Shown: in pieces, positions 30,044 through 40,792 of the stretch | Position numbering within the stretch: position 1 is the first letter of the stretch | Layout: each line of letters starts with the position of its first letter | Sequence record: OR805293.1 | DNA length: 64,000 nucleotides | Strand: one strand, 5' to 3' | Position numbers and translations under genes: made by a program | The notes under the pieces: model-generated | Told to the model about the DNA's origin: nothing | The model's input: the letters and a program-made list of their open reading frames with translations, nothing else | Databases searched by the model: none

Positions 30044-30321
30044 ACGATGAATTAATACTATTGTTAAGTAAAGAGACTTATATAACTTCATTTTCTCATA
30101 ACTGTGTAGACTTGTTCAGCGCTGCTGGAATTATATTTTATAGCATATCTATACCATACATGGGTTCCCGTGCTGCTAGCAGAATACATCATTTATATTT
30201 GTGTGTGTTTACACTATCTCCTTTTATAATACAATCATTTTGTCGTGTAATATTCGATAATAAGTATACAATTGGCATAGCACATAATGGCACACTTATA
30301 TGGAAAGGTCTTTACCAATAA
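30040..30321 (+). CDS. array small protein
   Basis: ELILLLSKET start. Confidence 0.6.
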   Translation: MNDELILLLSKETYITSFSHNCVDLFSAAGIIFYSISIPYMGSRAASRIHHLYLCVFTLSPFIIQSFCRVIFDNKYTIGIAHNGTLIWKGLYQ

Positions 30322-30390
30322 CTTTTTCAGTTGCTATAACATGCACAATGTGCAATAATAAAAAACAATGTGCAATTGTGAATAAAATAC

Positions 30391-30696
30391 ATGAATATTA
30401 TCATTAACATTCAAGCATCAACATCCGAAATCTTCTTTGATACAGACTGTATCTCGTTAATGACTAGCTTAAGCGGTTATGTTCTTTCGATAAACCGAAG
30501 AACAGGAAAAGGCGCAGTTGTACTTCATAACATAAAGTTAGATTCCATATATCGTATTCTACTATTACAGCACACAACTACATCACTTGTTGTATGGGGT
30601 GCTATAGACATTAAAGTATCATTTAAAGACATAGCCGATGAATACATTTTCCTTGCTATAGGAAGAAGATATTATCACGGCGAATGGTTAAAATAA
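30391..30696 (+). CDS. array small protein
   Basis: MNIIINIQAST start; ILLLQHTT in second half. Confidence 0.65.
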   Translation: MNIIINIQASTSEIFFDTDCISLMTSLSGYVLSINRRTGKGAVVLHNIKLDSIYRILLLQHTTTSLVVWGAIDIKVSFKDIADEYIFLAIGRRYYHGEWLK

Positions 30697-30965
30697 TTCT
30701 GACTATGCATAAAATTTATTATGACGAAATTTTAGAAATATCTAATAAAGCTAGATTAATTGTAATTTATTCTGGCATATGTTCTATATACGCAAAACCT
30801 TCTGTTTATTATAATGTAAATTATAACTTTTATAGTAATCCATTTAGTTTGTGGAATAGGGCAGTATTTATAGCATCTAAACAATGCGGGTACATAGCAT
30901 TCACTGATAACCGGGTGCGTATATTAACTGATAAAAAAATAATGTGGTATTATAATTATCTATAA
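30684..30965 (+). CDS. array small protein
   Basis: ORF track. Confidence 0.5.
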   Translation: MVKIILTMHKIYYDEILEISNKARLIVIYSGICSIYAKPSVYYNVNYNFYSNPFSLWNRAVFIASKQCGYIAFTDNRVRILTDKKIMWYYNYL

Positions 30966-30980
30966 GGTATAGATCGAAAA

Positions 30981-31289
30981 ATGGTATATAAAATACCGAA
31001 CGACAAGTGTATGTTGTTAATATTTCTGAGTAGTATAGCTGATACTATATCTATAGAAATCAGTTTTAGAAAAAGAATTAGAAAATGTTTGTACACACTA
31101 AAAATATACAAAGGTGATAACAATTGCATATTTATAAATGGCGTACTATTATTTAAAAAAGTTATATGTAACGATATGATAATTCCTATTTTGATACAAT
31201 CAGTCACAAGATCAATATCAATGCATAACGACTTCTTAGAAGTATTTTCTAACAAATATTATTTGACGTTATTTAGAAAAATGACATAG
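30981..31289 (+). CDS. array small protein
   Basis: ILIQSVT in second half. Confidence 0.5.
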   Translation: MVYKIPNDKCMLLIFLSSIADTISIEISFRKRIRKCLYTLKIYKGDNNCIFINGVLLFKKVICNDMIIPILIQSVTRSISMHNDFLEVFSNKYYLTLFRKMT

Positions 31290-31309
31290 TCTTAAATGGG
31301 CAAAAATGC

Positions 31310-31561
31310 ATGATTGTTATACTTCTTTCACACTTTACACATGAACTAAATGCACAGTTTAATGAATTAGAACTTACTGTGTATGGTAATAGATTAGCGC
31401 AAATATATCCAACAGCATTTATAGATACTAACATTCTATGGCATTATATGAGTAAACCTAATTTCTTACTATTTTATATTTCTAATAATGCAAAAACGAT
31501 AAAATTAAACCATTCGCCCCGAATATTATTATATAACTCTCCCATACCTCACTATATTTAA
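31310..31561 (+). CDS. array small protein
   Basis: ILLSHFT start; FYISNNA in second half. Confidence 0.55.
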   Translation: MIVILLSHFTHELNAQFNELELTVYGNRLAQIYPTAFIDTNILWHYMSKPNFLLFYISNNAKTIKLNHSPRILLYNSPIPHYI

Positions 31562-31593
31562 AAAGATAAGTAGCTGAACTATCATTTAAACAG

Positions 31594-31950
31594 TTGTTGT
31601 ACAGAAACTCTTTTAATGAGCAGGTTAATGTCCATCTAAACCCTATGTGCAACCTACCATTTATTATATCAAGTAATTCCCACAAACTAATCTACGGACA
31701 GTATTTTAACAATACAAGAGGTCCAGGCATATACATTGCTAATATAAATGGATTTGTGTTTCTATACTCAGTTGTTACTATTTCTAATTTTCAAATATGT
31801 TTTAGTATGCTTAACGAAATAGATCCTTTGTATTTGCAATACAAATGCGATTCAATAAAAACAATAAACACACTTATGTATTATAGACTAAATGTCAATT
31901 CATTACTTAATACAATGTTATGTAAAGAATATTATGAATTTAATACTTGA
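31594..31950 (+). CDS. array small protein
   Basis: LYLQYKC in second half. Confidence 0.5.
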   Translation: MLYRNSFNEQVNVHLNPMCNLPFIISSNSHKLIYGQYFNNTRGPGIYIANINGFVFLYSVVTISNFQICFSMLNEIDPLYLQYKCDSIKTINTLMYYRLNVNSLLNTMLCKEYYEFNT

Positions 31951-32218
31951 ATTATTAAGAAACACTAGTAAAATCATACCGCTTGATGGTCTAAATGCTG
32001 CTAGATTTATTCTTGTAAATACCCATTATATAAAAATAGCATCTTTTTGTTTATCATTTTCTACATGGACCTGCCAGACATTTTTAAGTATAAACCAGTT
32101 TCAAATGTCAGAATCTACGTTAGTTATCATATCTAATAAAATAAAGAAGATCAAAAGAGTAAAAAAATCATACGCTTTAGTTTTTGACGAATCATATATT
32201 CTGTTGAAAATCAAATGA
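31934..32218 (+). CDS. array small protein
   Basis: MNLILELLRNT start (ATG 31934). Confidence 0.55.
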   Translation: MNLILELLRNTSKIIPLDGLNAARFILVNTHYIKIASFCLSFSTWTCQTFLSINQFQMSESTLVIISNKIKKIKRVKKSYALVFDESYILLKIK

Positions 32219-32469
32219 TAATACATATCTCACATTTAACACATATAATAAGTGTATATTCTAAATATATAATCGTTACTAATAAAGCTAATGAAATTAT
32301 ACTTTGCAATTACATATATAACCAAACTAAAATTTACATTAGCAAATTATTACTAAATATCGATTTAATCTGTTATATTCAACATAACACAAAAACTATT
32401 AGTTATCCCATTGTACATAGCCATTTTCTAGCGTATCCATATCTTTGCAATAATGCCTTGGTTGTATAA
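32215..32469 (+). CDS. array small protein
   Basis: ICYIQHNT in second half. Confidence 0.6.
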   Translation: MIIHISHLTHIISVYSKYIIVTNKANEIILCNYIYNQTKIYISKLLLNIDLICYIQHNTKTISYPIVHSHFLAYPYLCNNALVV

Positions 32470-32471
32470 TT

Positions 32472-32759
32472 ATGGATTTTATTTTCCTACTACAACATAA
32501 CACTTCTATTATATTATTTAATAATATATCATATGGTAGTATAGAATTATACACAAAAGACGAAGTTCCAGTATTAGACATAGAAATATCAAATTCTATG
32601 TACATATATCAAGGTAATTTTAATGACAAAACTGCAATACTCCATCTACAGCAAAATACACACCAGATACAAATAGATATAGATATTATAAAAATGAGAA
32701 ACATGTACTATAAAGACATTTATTATATTGTATTACATGGATTATATGGATTATATTAA
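32472..32759 (+). CDS. array small protein (recent duplicate A)
   Basis: MDFIFLLQHNT ... ILHLQQNT. Confidence 0.7.
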   Translation: MDFIFLLQHNTSIILFNNISYGSIELYTKDEVPVLDIEISNSMYIYQGNFNDKTAILHLQQNTHQIQIDIDIIKMRNMYYKDIYYIVLHGLYGLY

Positions 32760-32825
32760 ACTTATCTCCGCAGAAGTAAATCAAATATATCCATATCTTG
32801 TCAACAATACTTTGGTTATATAATT

Positions 32826-33107
32826 ATGGATTTTATTTTCCTACTACAACATAACACTTCTATTATATTATATCGTAATAGTATTATAGAATTATACACA
32901 GAAGACGAAATGCCAGTAATAGACATAGATATAACAAATTCTATGTTCATATATCTAGGTATTTTTAATGACAAAACTGCAATACTCTATCTACAACAAA
33001 ATACACACACGATACATAAAGAATCATCAAATTCTTATTATATGATAAGAATGAGAAATATGTACTATAAAAACATTTATTATATTATAACACATGGATT
33101 ATATTAA
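32826..33107 (+). CDS. array small protein (recent duplicate B)
   Basis: MDFIFLLQHNT ... ILYLQQNT. Confidence 0.7.
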   Translation: MDFIFLLQHNTSIILYRNSIIELYTEDEMPVIDIDITNSMFIYLGIFNDKTAILYLQQNTHTIHKESSNSYYMIRMRNMYYKNIYYIITHGLY

Positions 33108-33378
33108 ACTTATCTCTTCAGAAGTAAATCAAATTAAAAAATCCACCCACCCCGGTGGCACCCGCAACGGCTTAACACTATATAACGTACATGACCAACC
33201 TATAATAGAAATAAAGATCCAAAAAATAATATCCCGTGCATATGTGCGTGCAAACTACGATAAGTTGTGTAACGAAATTTGCATTCTTTATATACAAAGT
33301 CAAACAACTTCAATATCTACCACACGGAACTCACTAGTAATCTTTACTTCCCACTATATAGTTCACTCTATCATATGA
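33094..33378 (+). CDS. array small protein
   Basis: ILYIQSQT in second half. Confidence 0.65.
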   Translation: MDYIKLISSEVNQIKKSTHPGGTRNGLTLYNVHDQPIIEIKIQKIISRAYVRANYDKLCNEICILYIQSQTTSISTTRNSLVIFTSHYIVHSII

Positions 33379-33647
33379 ACCTAATCCCCGCACTGCAACA
33401 TAAAACTAGATATATATCCCAATTTGATACTACTTATCGTTTAATTAACTCAGATAGAAAATGCTTTTATCTTATAACACGCAAGAACAAAAAGACCACA
33501 GTAGACATAGACTATAATATCTTCAATGATATTTTCGGTATATTACATTTACAGTCTAAAACACATATACTAAGACGTTCATATAACGTAATACAAGTAC
33601 ATGATGTATATTCTAATTTAACACATTTTGCCATAGCTCGGCAATAA
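33375..33647 (+). CDS. array small protein
   Basis: MNLIPALQHKT ... GILHLQSKT (ATG 33375). Confidence 0.65.
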   Translation: MNLIPALQHKTRYISQFDTTYRLINSDRKCFYLITRKNKKTTVDIDYNIFNDIFGILHLQSKTHILRRSYNVIQVHDVYSNLTHFAIARQ

Positions 33648-33653
33648 CCATAA

Positions 33654-33935
33654 ATGAAATTTATTATAACATTACAATCATACACAACTACAATACAGTT
33701 TCTAACTAATGATTTTATATTATATTCTGATAGAAATAGATTATTAGAATTAGGTATATACAATAACAAATTCAACTGTTACATACATATCAATAATTTT
33801 AATAATAACAATATAATCATGTGTTATCTTCAGCATATAATTTATACAATACACATTCATCCCTTTGTTTTATCGATGTGTAATAGTAATTGGTTATCAG
33901 TTAATACAAAATGTTATTCAAGAAGACTTTACTAA
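33654..33935 (+). CDS. array small protein
   Basis: MKFIITLQSYT ... CYLQH. Confidence 0.65.
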   Translation: MKFIITLQSYTTTIQFLTNDFILYSDRNRLLELGIYNNKFNCYIHINNFNNNNIIMCYLQHIIYTIHIHPFVLSMCNSNWLSVNTKCYSRRLY

Positions 33936-33974
33936 AGCAATGAAGATGAATGATAGAAATCACTACACTATAAC

Positions 33975-34370
33975 TAATGAGTGATAATACTCTAATAGAT
34001 AGAAACTATAGTGTACAAATAATGAGTGATAATACTAATAGAAGCTATAGTATACAAATAATGAGTGATACCAATAGATGGTGAATAATGAGTGATACTG
34101 AGTGATACTAATAAGATAGTGATAGTGTACAAATAATGAGTGAATTATATAGTACATATTTCGGTGAATACTGATATAATATCAATAGATAGCTATAGTG
34201 TACAAATAATGAATGATAATACTAATAGATAGTGATACTGACAGATAGCTATAGTGTACAAATAATGAGTGATAATACTGATAGATACTAATACTAATAC
34301 TGATACTAATAGATAGCTATAGTGTACAAATAATGATTGAATTATGTAGTACATATTTCGGTGAACCCTA
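33975..34370 (+). repeat. iteron-like modular direct-repeat array (candidate replication origin)
   Basis: CTATAGTGTACAAATAATGA-type copies at 34006, 34045, 34120, 34193, 34249, 34317; TGAATTATRTAGTACATATTTCGGTGAA at 34141 and 34338. Confidence 0.85.
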
Positions 34371-34394
34371 ACATCACCAAAGAAAGAAGGACCA

Positions 34395-34600
34395 AAATTT
34401 TGGAAATCTTGCTCTATAGGTCCCATTCATTTTCTTCCCAGTTACATTTATATTCTTTCCATTTCTAACCATTTTTATAGATTTTTTTTGGAAAAATCCG
34501 TTTTCTGCTATATAGGTCCCTCCTTATAAAATATAAGTTCTTTTTCAATAAAAAATATTTTTTTTTGAAAATTTCCAATTCTTGCTATATAGGCCGGTTT
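34395..34600 (+). repeat. three spaced TGCT[AC]TATAGG[TC]C motifs after T/A tracts
   Basis: Copies at 34408, 34505, 34581. Confidence 0.7.
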
Positions 34601-34743
34601 CATTATATATTCCCGTTTGCATAACATATACGGAATATAGTATGCTATACGTATATAAACCGTGACTCTAGACAACTCACTTACTGTACGCTTGTTAATA
34701 TAATTCCATTTCGTAGTATAACGTATATACAGGAAAACTAGTT

Positions 34744-35016
34744 ATGGATCTGATACTATTTCTTCAACATAGTACTGTAGAGATGGACTATAGTGAATGG
34801 TACATTCGTCTTAACAACAAGAATGAAAAGCATATAGCTATGATTACAGATAACGGTCTTAGACTGTATTATAGAAATATCAATGGCTTACTTGGTATTC
34901 TTCACTTACAATACTGTAATTATGATTTTTTATTCAGGTATATGGGCAGTTATATTTCTTTTACATTTGTTAATAATAATAGGTTTGTACATGAAACATA
35001 TGCTGATTTGAAATAA
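34744..35016 (+). CDS. array small protein
   Basis: MDLILFLQHST ... GILHLQYC. Confidence 0.7.
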   Translation: MDLILFLQHSTVEMDYSEWYIRLNNKNEKHIAMITDNGLRLYYRNINGLLGILHLQYCNYDFLFRYMGSYISFTFVNNNRFVHETYADLK

Positions 35017-35019
35017 TAT

Positions 35020-35325
35020 ATGGATTTCATACTATTACTTCAATCTCATTGCAATGAGATTGTATATACCAAACAAATCATTGATATGCTCAATGCGCAT
35101 AATAGGCAGTTCGTATATGGAATTACGTTGCCTATGGGAAGAAAACATGTATCATATGATGCATATTGTTTGTATAATAATTTATGTGATGTGATAGGAT
35201 TATTGCATATGCAATCTATTCTATCATTAATAGAAGTTAAACATTTAAAATCATTTTCTGGTAAAACAGATATTATTGTTAATATGGTGTTTGCTAACGG
35301 TTTTCTTCAATATGCTATATTCTAA
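35020..35325 (+). CDS. array small protein
   Basis: MDFILLLQSHC ... GLLHMQS. Confidence 0.7.
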   Translation: MDFILLLQSHCNEIVYTKQIIDMLNAHNRQFVYGITLPMGRKHVSYDAYCLYNNLCDVIGLLHMQSILSLIEVKHLKSFSGKTDIIVNMVFANGFLQYAIF

Positions 35326-35341
35326 TAGTTGTGTCTAATAC

Positions 35342-35626
35342 ATGGACTTAATATTATTATTTCAGTCTCGTTGTTGTAAGATTTGGTATTCAGATTATAT
35401 TATAGATATGATCGACTATAGTGATTATACTATAGTATCATTACTACGCCCGCCGAATGGGCGTATGTATGCCTATTGTTCGTGTAACAATATAAACAAC
35501 GAAATTAGTATAATGCATTTGCAGAATAGCATACATTCATTACAAATAAGTTATAGTACCCGTTCTATAATGTGTCGTATGACTAATGTGTATGAAGATC
35601 TAATTCAATATATTAGTATACTTTAG
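35342..35626 (+). CDS. array small protein
   Basis: MDLILLFQSRC ... IMHLQNS. Confidence 0.7.
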   Translation: MDLILLFQSRCCKIWYSDYIIDMIDYSDYTIVSLLRPPNGRMYAYCSCNNINNEISIMHLQNSIHSLQISYSTRSIMCRMTNVYEDLIQYISIL

Positions 35627-35628
35627 TA

Positions 35629-35904
35629 ATGTATTTTATCTTGTTTATACAGAAATTGTGTTGTTCGATTAGAAGGGCTTCACATGGATTTGATATTTTT
35701 GATACAAATGAAGTAGCATATTCATTAATAGATCATCATGGTTTCAGTATGAAACATTTCGTTTCATACTCTGTTATAAATGATGTAATAGGAATTATAC
35801 ATTTACAAGTGCATACAAATAAGTTATATTTTCTTCATGAAAAACATCAAATGGATATGATTTGTTTTCTAGATAGTAAAGGCGGTCATTTTTTTAGTTT
35901 GTAG
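35629..35904 (+). CDS. array small protein
   Basis: MYFILFIQ ... GIIHLQVHT. Confidence 0.65.
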   Translation: MYFILFIQKLCCSIRRASHGFDIFDTNEVAYSLIDHHGFSMKHFVSYSVINDVIGIIHLQVHTNKLYFLHEKHQMDMICFLDSKGGHFFSL

Positions 35905-35916
35905 AGGGCAGAATTT

Positions 35917-36180
35917 GTGCTATTAATATTAATGCTTCAGCGTAATGTTGAATGGATTCTTTATATTGAATACGAAATTCGACTTGTTCTGCCCGATTAT
36001 AACACGTTATATTGTTTTCCAATTTATAAACAGAAAATTAATGGGTATCTAAATTGCTTTGTTATTAATGACATTGTAGGTATGTTTTATTTACAGTACA
36101 ATTGTAATGTTATATCATTTGATAGATTTAATGTTTTTATGATACTAAACCGCAATGACATAATAATTTATGGCCGGTGA
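35917..36180 (+). CDS. array small protein
   Basis: LILMLQRN ... GMFYLQYNC. Confidence 0.6.
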   Translation: MLLILMLQRNVEWILYIEYEIRLVLPDYNTLYCFPIYKQKINGYLNCFVINDIVGMFYLQYNCNVISFDRFNVFMILNRNDIIIYGR

Positions 36181-36476
36181 CTAGTATGGATATTATATTA
36201 ATCCTTAGCAATGAAGTTATAAGAATACAAGGTTGTTTTTATGATATAGAAACTTTACAAATAAGGTTCTTCAATAAATACGACTCAATATATTTTTGTA
36301 ATAAAATGGGAGGATTTGTTAACTATAAAACATTTCCTAATGAACTACTAAGTATAATTCATTTGCAGCAGAATACACACAGGTTAATAACACACAGTAA
36401 ATGTATATTTTTTGATAGTGTGGATTTTATTTCTATTCACTGGGAGACTTTGTTTGACACAAACGAATATGTATAA
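36177..36476 (+). CDS. array small protein
   Basis: MDIILILSNE ... IIHLQQNT. Confidence 0.65.
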   Translation: MTSMDIILILSNEVIRIQGCFYDIETLQIRFFNKYDSIYFCNKMGGFVNYKTFPNELLSIIHLQQNTHRLITHSKCIFFDSVDFISIHWETLFDTNEYV

Positions 36477-36720
36477 TGATATGAATTATATATTACTAAT
36501 TAGTAACCAGTCTAAATATATTTCGTTGAAGGCACTTGGATTAACTGTAAACACACGTGAACCAAGGTTAACTCATTATATTATATTTTAAATATGAACG
36601 AAGAATATGATATATTATATTTGTCTAATAATACTATGCAAATAACATTTCACTTTTCAGTATATTGTTTTTATGATAAAACTCGTAGTATTATATATTG
36701 TCAATAAGACAGAAATATAA

Positions 36721-37035
36721 ATGGATTTAATATTAACACTTCAACATAAAACTGTGCTAATATCTCAGTTTAGTGCATTATTTGTATTTCAAAATATAAA
36801 CAGTGATACTATATTTTGTTTGGATATAGGTAAACATGTATATTATTTTGAAATAATATTCAGGTTATATAATAATAAGAATGGCATGGTGTATTTGCAA
36901 CATGCCATTAATTCTATTAAGTTTACCCTTAGTTTATATTATCATACAATTCATGGATATTCTAGTATGCCATCTATATATATGTATGATAAAAAATATG
37001 CTATTGTACACGTACCATATGTTAGGAATACTTAA
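36721..37035 (+). CDS. array small protein
   Basis: MDLILTLQHKT ... MVYLQHA. Confidence 0.7.
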   Translation: MDLILTLQHKTVLISQFSALFVFQNINSDTIFCLDIGKHVYYFEIIFRLYNNKNGMVYLQHAINSIKFTLSLYYHTIHGYSSMPSIYMYDKKYAIVHVPYVRNT

Positions 37036-37334
37036 TGGATCTTATATTATACATTCAGTACAGTGCTCATAAAATAGAAACTGTTTATAAATCATATCTA
37101 TTTTATAGTAATAACTATTCACTTTATTACAGACTGTCTGTATATAAGAGATTATTGGTACCATCGGGTAGTGAATCATATGCAAGGGCTTCGGCTGAAT
37201 ATTCTGCTATTACAGACAAAATAGGAATTATACACTTACAATCGAAAACACACGCAATATTATTTGTTATAGACAGTATGTGCATTCACGACAAATCGTA
37301 TCAAACACTCCATTATATTATACTAAGGTCATAA
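37035..37334 (+). CDS. array small protein
   Basis: MDLILYIQYS ... GIIHLQSKT. Confidence 0.7.
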   Translation: MDLILYIQYSAHKIETVYKSYLFYSNNYSLYYRLSVYKRLLVPSGSESYARASAEYSAITDKIGIIHLQSKTHAILFVIDSMCIHDKSYQTLHYIILRS

Positions 37335-37433
37335 TGTTTATAAGTTTTATTCCGCCTGTTGCAATGTTGATACGACTACAATCAAATCTACATATTATCT
37401 GTTTTGATTCTGTTTATGATAGTATAGTGTTTT

Positions 37434-37715
37434 GTGATAAAGACTACGACGAAATACATTGCTGCTTATGGTAGCGTGTTTGCATTTAACGCAAAAACAT
37501 GTTATACAGTATTGTTTGTTGAGTATTTTGACATTGTTGTTTCTAAAAATCTTTTATATAAAGGATTAATATGCATAATATATTTAAATTATCATATTGT
37601 ACAAATATGTTTAAATTTAAAATATTATGGGATCAAAAAGTATACCTATGCTCGTTTATGTCATTGCGGTATACTACCCTATATATTTCTGCAGGTCGTA
37701 TCAGATAAATGGTAA
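37434..37715 (+). CDS. array small protein (possibly degenerate)
   Basis: ORF track. Confidence 0.4.
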   Translation: MIKTTTKYIAAYGSVFAFNAKTCYTVLFVEYFDIVVSKNLLYKGLICIIYLNYHIVQICLNLKYYGIKKYTYARLCHCGILPYIFLQVVSDKW

Positions 37716-40600
37716 CAAATATATTAGAATTAATGTATGTATGTCACCATACATATAATATAACAACTGACAGCTACTATAACATTTTCTTCTTAAATAA
37801 AAATAATAAAATTATCTTTGTTGTGTATTAAAACAAATGGGAATATTTCTCTTATCACGCAATACTTGTTATATTTGTGTTATACATGTCAGACGCATTG
37901 TATACAAGATTAAAATGTATGACAGACATGGCAATTATGTGTTTACAATTAATGTTATCTAAGAACATATTAAATTATATAGAATTTGGTTGTATGTAAT
38001 ACTGTTTAATAATGGCAACAGATATTGATAAAATAACATACATTTCATTTAACTCATGCTATATATCAGTTAATCGTTTTGGTGTTATTATATATTATGA
38101 GTACGGTAGGTTGATTTTATATGATGATACCCCCGGGATTATATAAGAACGTATTCTACATACAGTATAATGTACGTCATATAAGCATATATTATTTTGA
38201 TGCATGTGAATGTAATATATTACAAGTAGAATGCAATAATTTTCTTACTCTAACATATAAATTAAATGAAAAAACCAATAAGTAATGTGGTTGAATTATC
38301 GTTTAATACGCACTGGTTTAATACCAATTATATAGCTAGTGCTCACTGTTTAATACTTTATAATGCGTCGTCATATCCTATACATTATGTTCGTTTACAC
38401 ACAAACAAGCGTTAACACTTATGTCGCCGGTATCAATTTATAATATAGTTTGTATTCAACACTATCTTAATAGATGGTATACTAGAATATCCACAACAGG
38501 TATTAATGTGTATTCAGATTCATATGTTAGAATTAGAATAAATGTTCATAAATAAAAATATTATAAATTATGATATATTGCAGGTATCTTCATGCGCACA
38601 TATAATAGATTCATCGCTATGTAGCACGTATCTATTAGCATGCATTTATAATAGTAATGAAAAAATTATTATAATTAGTGTTGCATATCTAAGATGAATG
38701 GTATAAAAGATATAATAGAATTTTCATCGCATGCATACGAAATATGTGCCAATACAGCAAGACTTAGAGATATAGTATACTACTCAATACTCATAAAGGC
38801 AAAAGACGGTCTTGCATTTTATATGGTAGACTCGTTTGCATATATAACATGACCAGTATCCTTGAATGTTCTTACAATACTTCTAATATTATGTTTCGTT
38901 TTTGTAAAAACAGTGATATTTTAGTTGTGAACTTTCTAAACAAAAATGATGACATACATTTCATTGTAATAATTAGATACAAATATACATATCGTTAATT
39001 ACTAATACATAAGAGAGTAATAAATGAATAGAGCAGCAAAGAAAAATGTTTCTATATTTGTTATTCAGAATCATACTTTTAGAGTTCATGTTGTACGATA
39101 TGATCCTGCGAGAATTTCAATATATCTCTCACTTGTACATAATTGTGTTGCATCTTAAGAACTATATCTGTATAATGTAGGTTACATTTGCATGTATAGG
39201 ATTATCTTTCATATAATATATGCTTATTAACTATACGACATGTATTGAATTACTTTATAGTATTGTATGATTCGTAAAAATATAGTTCTAATATCACATA
39301 ACACGTCAAAAATAATATTAGAAAGAAGAACAAGCAAAGTATTACGTGTTTCTATATTTAAATCAATCGGAAAATACTACTACCATTATTATACAACGTG
39401 TGGGAAACTATAATGCAAGATCATCATTTCACTACACTGTTGTATATGTCTAATCGTGCAGATAGAATAAAGATTTTCCGACAGCCTTCCTGTCTTATTG
39501 TATATATTAAGTCAGGTATGTTATATATTAATAAACAATTCTTAAAATGTTAGAATATATAGATACTCTCAAATATAATTACATTTTAACTGTATGCAGC
39601 GGTGTAGAGTCTATATCATTTGAATCATTTACTAGATCAGTGATATCAGTTTCCATAATATATAATAATATTACTATCTTTCCGTGCCAAACTACACGAA
39701 CTATACTGTATGGTGTATAATCTTATTTTTATTTCTTTTAATGTTTCTTTAATTAGTTTTTCTATTTTTAATAAAACATTCGAAGTTTATATTTATGGAA
39801 AAATGTTATTGGTAATTTATTATACAGGACTGTATATATGTTAGATATATTGCTACGGTTCCAACGCAGAGTGGATACAATTAAGGTGGAGTTAATATGG
39901 CGTCACTTGCATTTTTATGAAAAAGCCGGCGAGGAGTTAGAGTTATTTCATATTATATTTCTGCCGCCCGATCACCGAAGTATTAATTAACAAAAACAAG
40001 TTGTATTTTTCGGCATAAAAATTTATGAATAAAGATACAAACAAAGAATCACCTATTATTAAAGAATTATATTTTATATTAAGATTGTAAGTAAAATAAA
40101 ATACTTTTAGAATCTAAAACTAAAATGATCGATTGGGTATTTAAATTGTCTGCTAGTTGCTACGAAATAGACGGACAACACAGTGAGTCAATAAGAATAT
40201 ATAATTCATATTGTCTTTTAGGAACTATACAATGTTATTGTGCTCAGTTAAAAATAAATTTATATAAATTTTAATATTGTGGGAAGAATTCTTTTAAATA
40301 GGCATACTATATGAATGATCTATTACACTACCAACTCACATTACGTTCCATATCTTTGCAGAAAGCTCTTTTTAAGTCAGGCAATGTGTATTACATTCTA
40401 ATTGAACGTAACGACAGCGGTAGGTATTCCCGAGATGTAAAAATACTTAAATGATATGCGTATATTTGTAATATCACAAAATTGTATGACTATCAGACTT
40501 TTTTATCATACATATTTCGTTAAAGATGTAAATTATGATTCAATTTGTGTATTATATAAAACGAATAGCAGAATTGTAATACATCCGAGTTTTACAGTAG
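37710..40600 (+). pseudogene. zone of fragmented array paralogs
   Basis: ~2.9 kb with no ORF >=60 aa but with family-like fragments, e.g. MVTNILELMYVCHHT at ~37709 (frameshifted) and MIDWVFKLSASC at ~40125. Confidence 0.6.
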
Positions 40601-40792
40601 ATGAATATATTCGATCTGTCTTATAATTCTTCATTTATTTTGATGAAATCGAATAGAATATACATTAGTGATAATAACAATTATTGTGTGGGAGCTACAT
40701 ATGTATTACCTGCAATAACGAAATATATACATCAAATATTCCATGTAAACGCTGCAATATATAGATTTTTAGATACAAGTATACTAGTATGA
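40601..40792 (+). CDS. short array-like protein
   Basis: ORF track; ATGA-coupled. Confidence 0.45.
   Translation: MNIFDLSYNSSFILMKSNRIYISDNNNYCVGATYVLPAITKYIHQIFHVNAAIYRFLDTSILV

Larger units (their letters stand above)
32434..33134 (+). repeat. recent ~354-bp tandem duplication
   Basis: Two highly similar units (~32434-32785 and ~32787-33134) spanning gene boundaries. Confidence 0.9.

Noticed and set aside
33975-34370. CRISPR array
   Set aside because: Spacers are irregular in length and built from the same submotifs as the repeat; the repeat is not palindromic; no cas genes in the window.
37710-40600. Alternative genetic code (stop reassignment) explaining the ORF-free zone
   Set aside because: The breaks I traced are frameshifts and TAA stops; conserved enzymes are intact under code 11; there is no suppressor tRNA.
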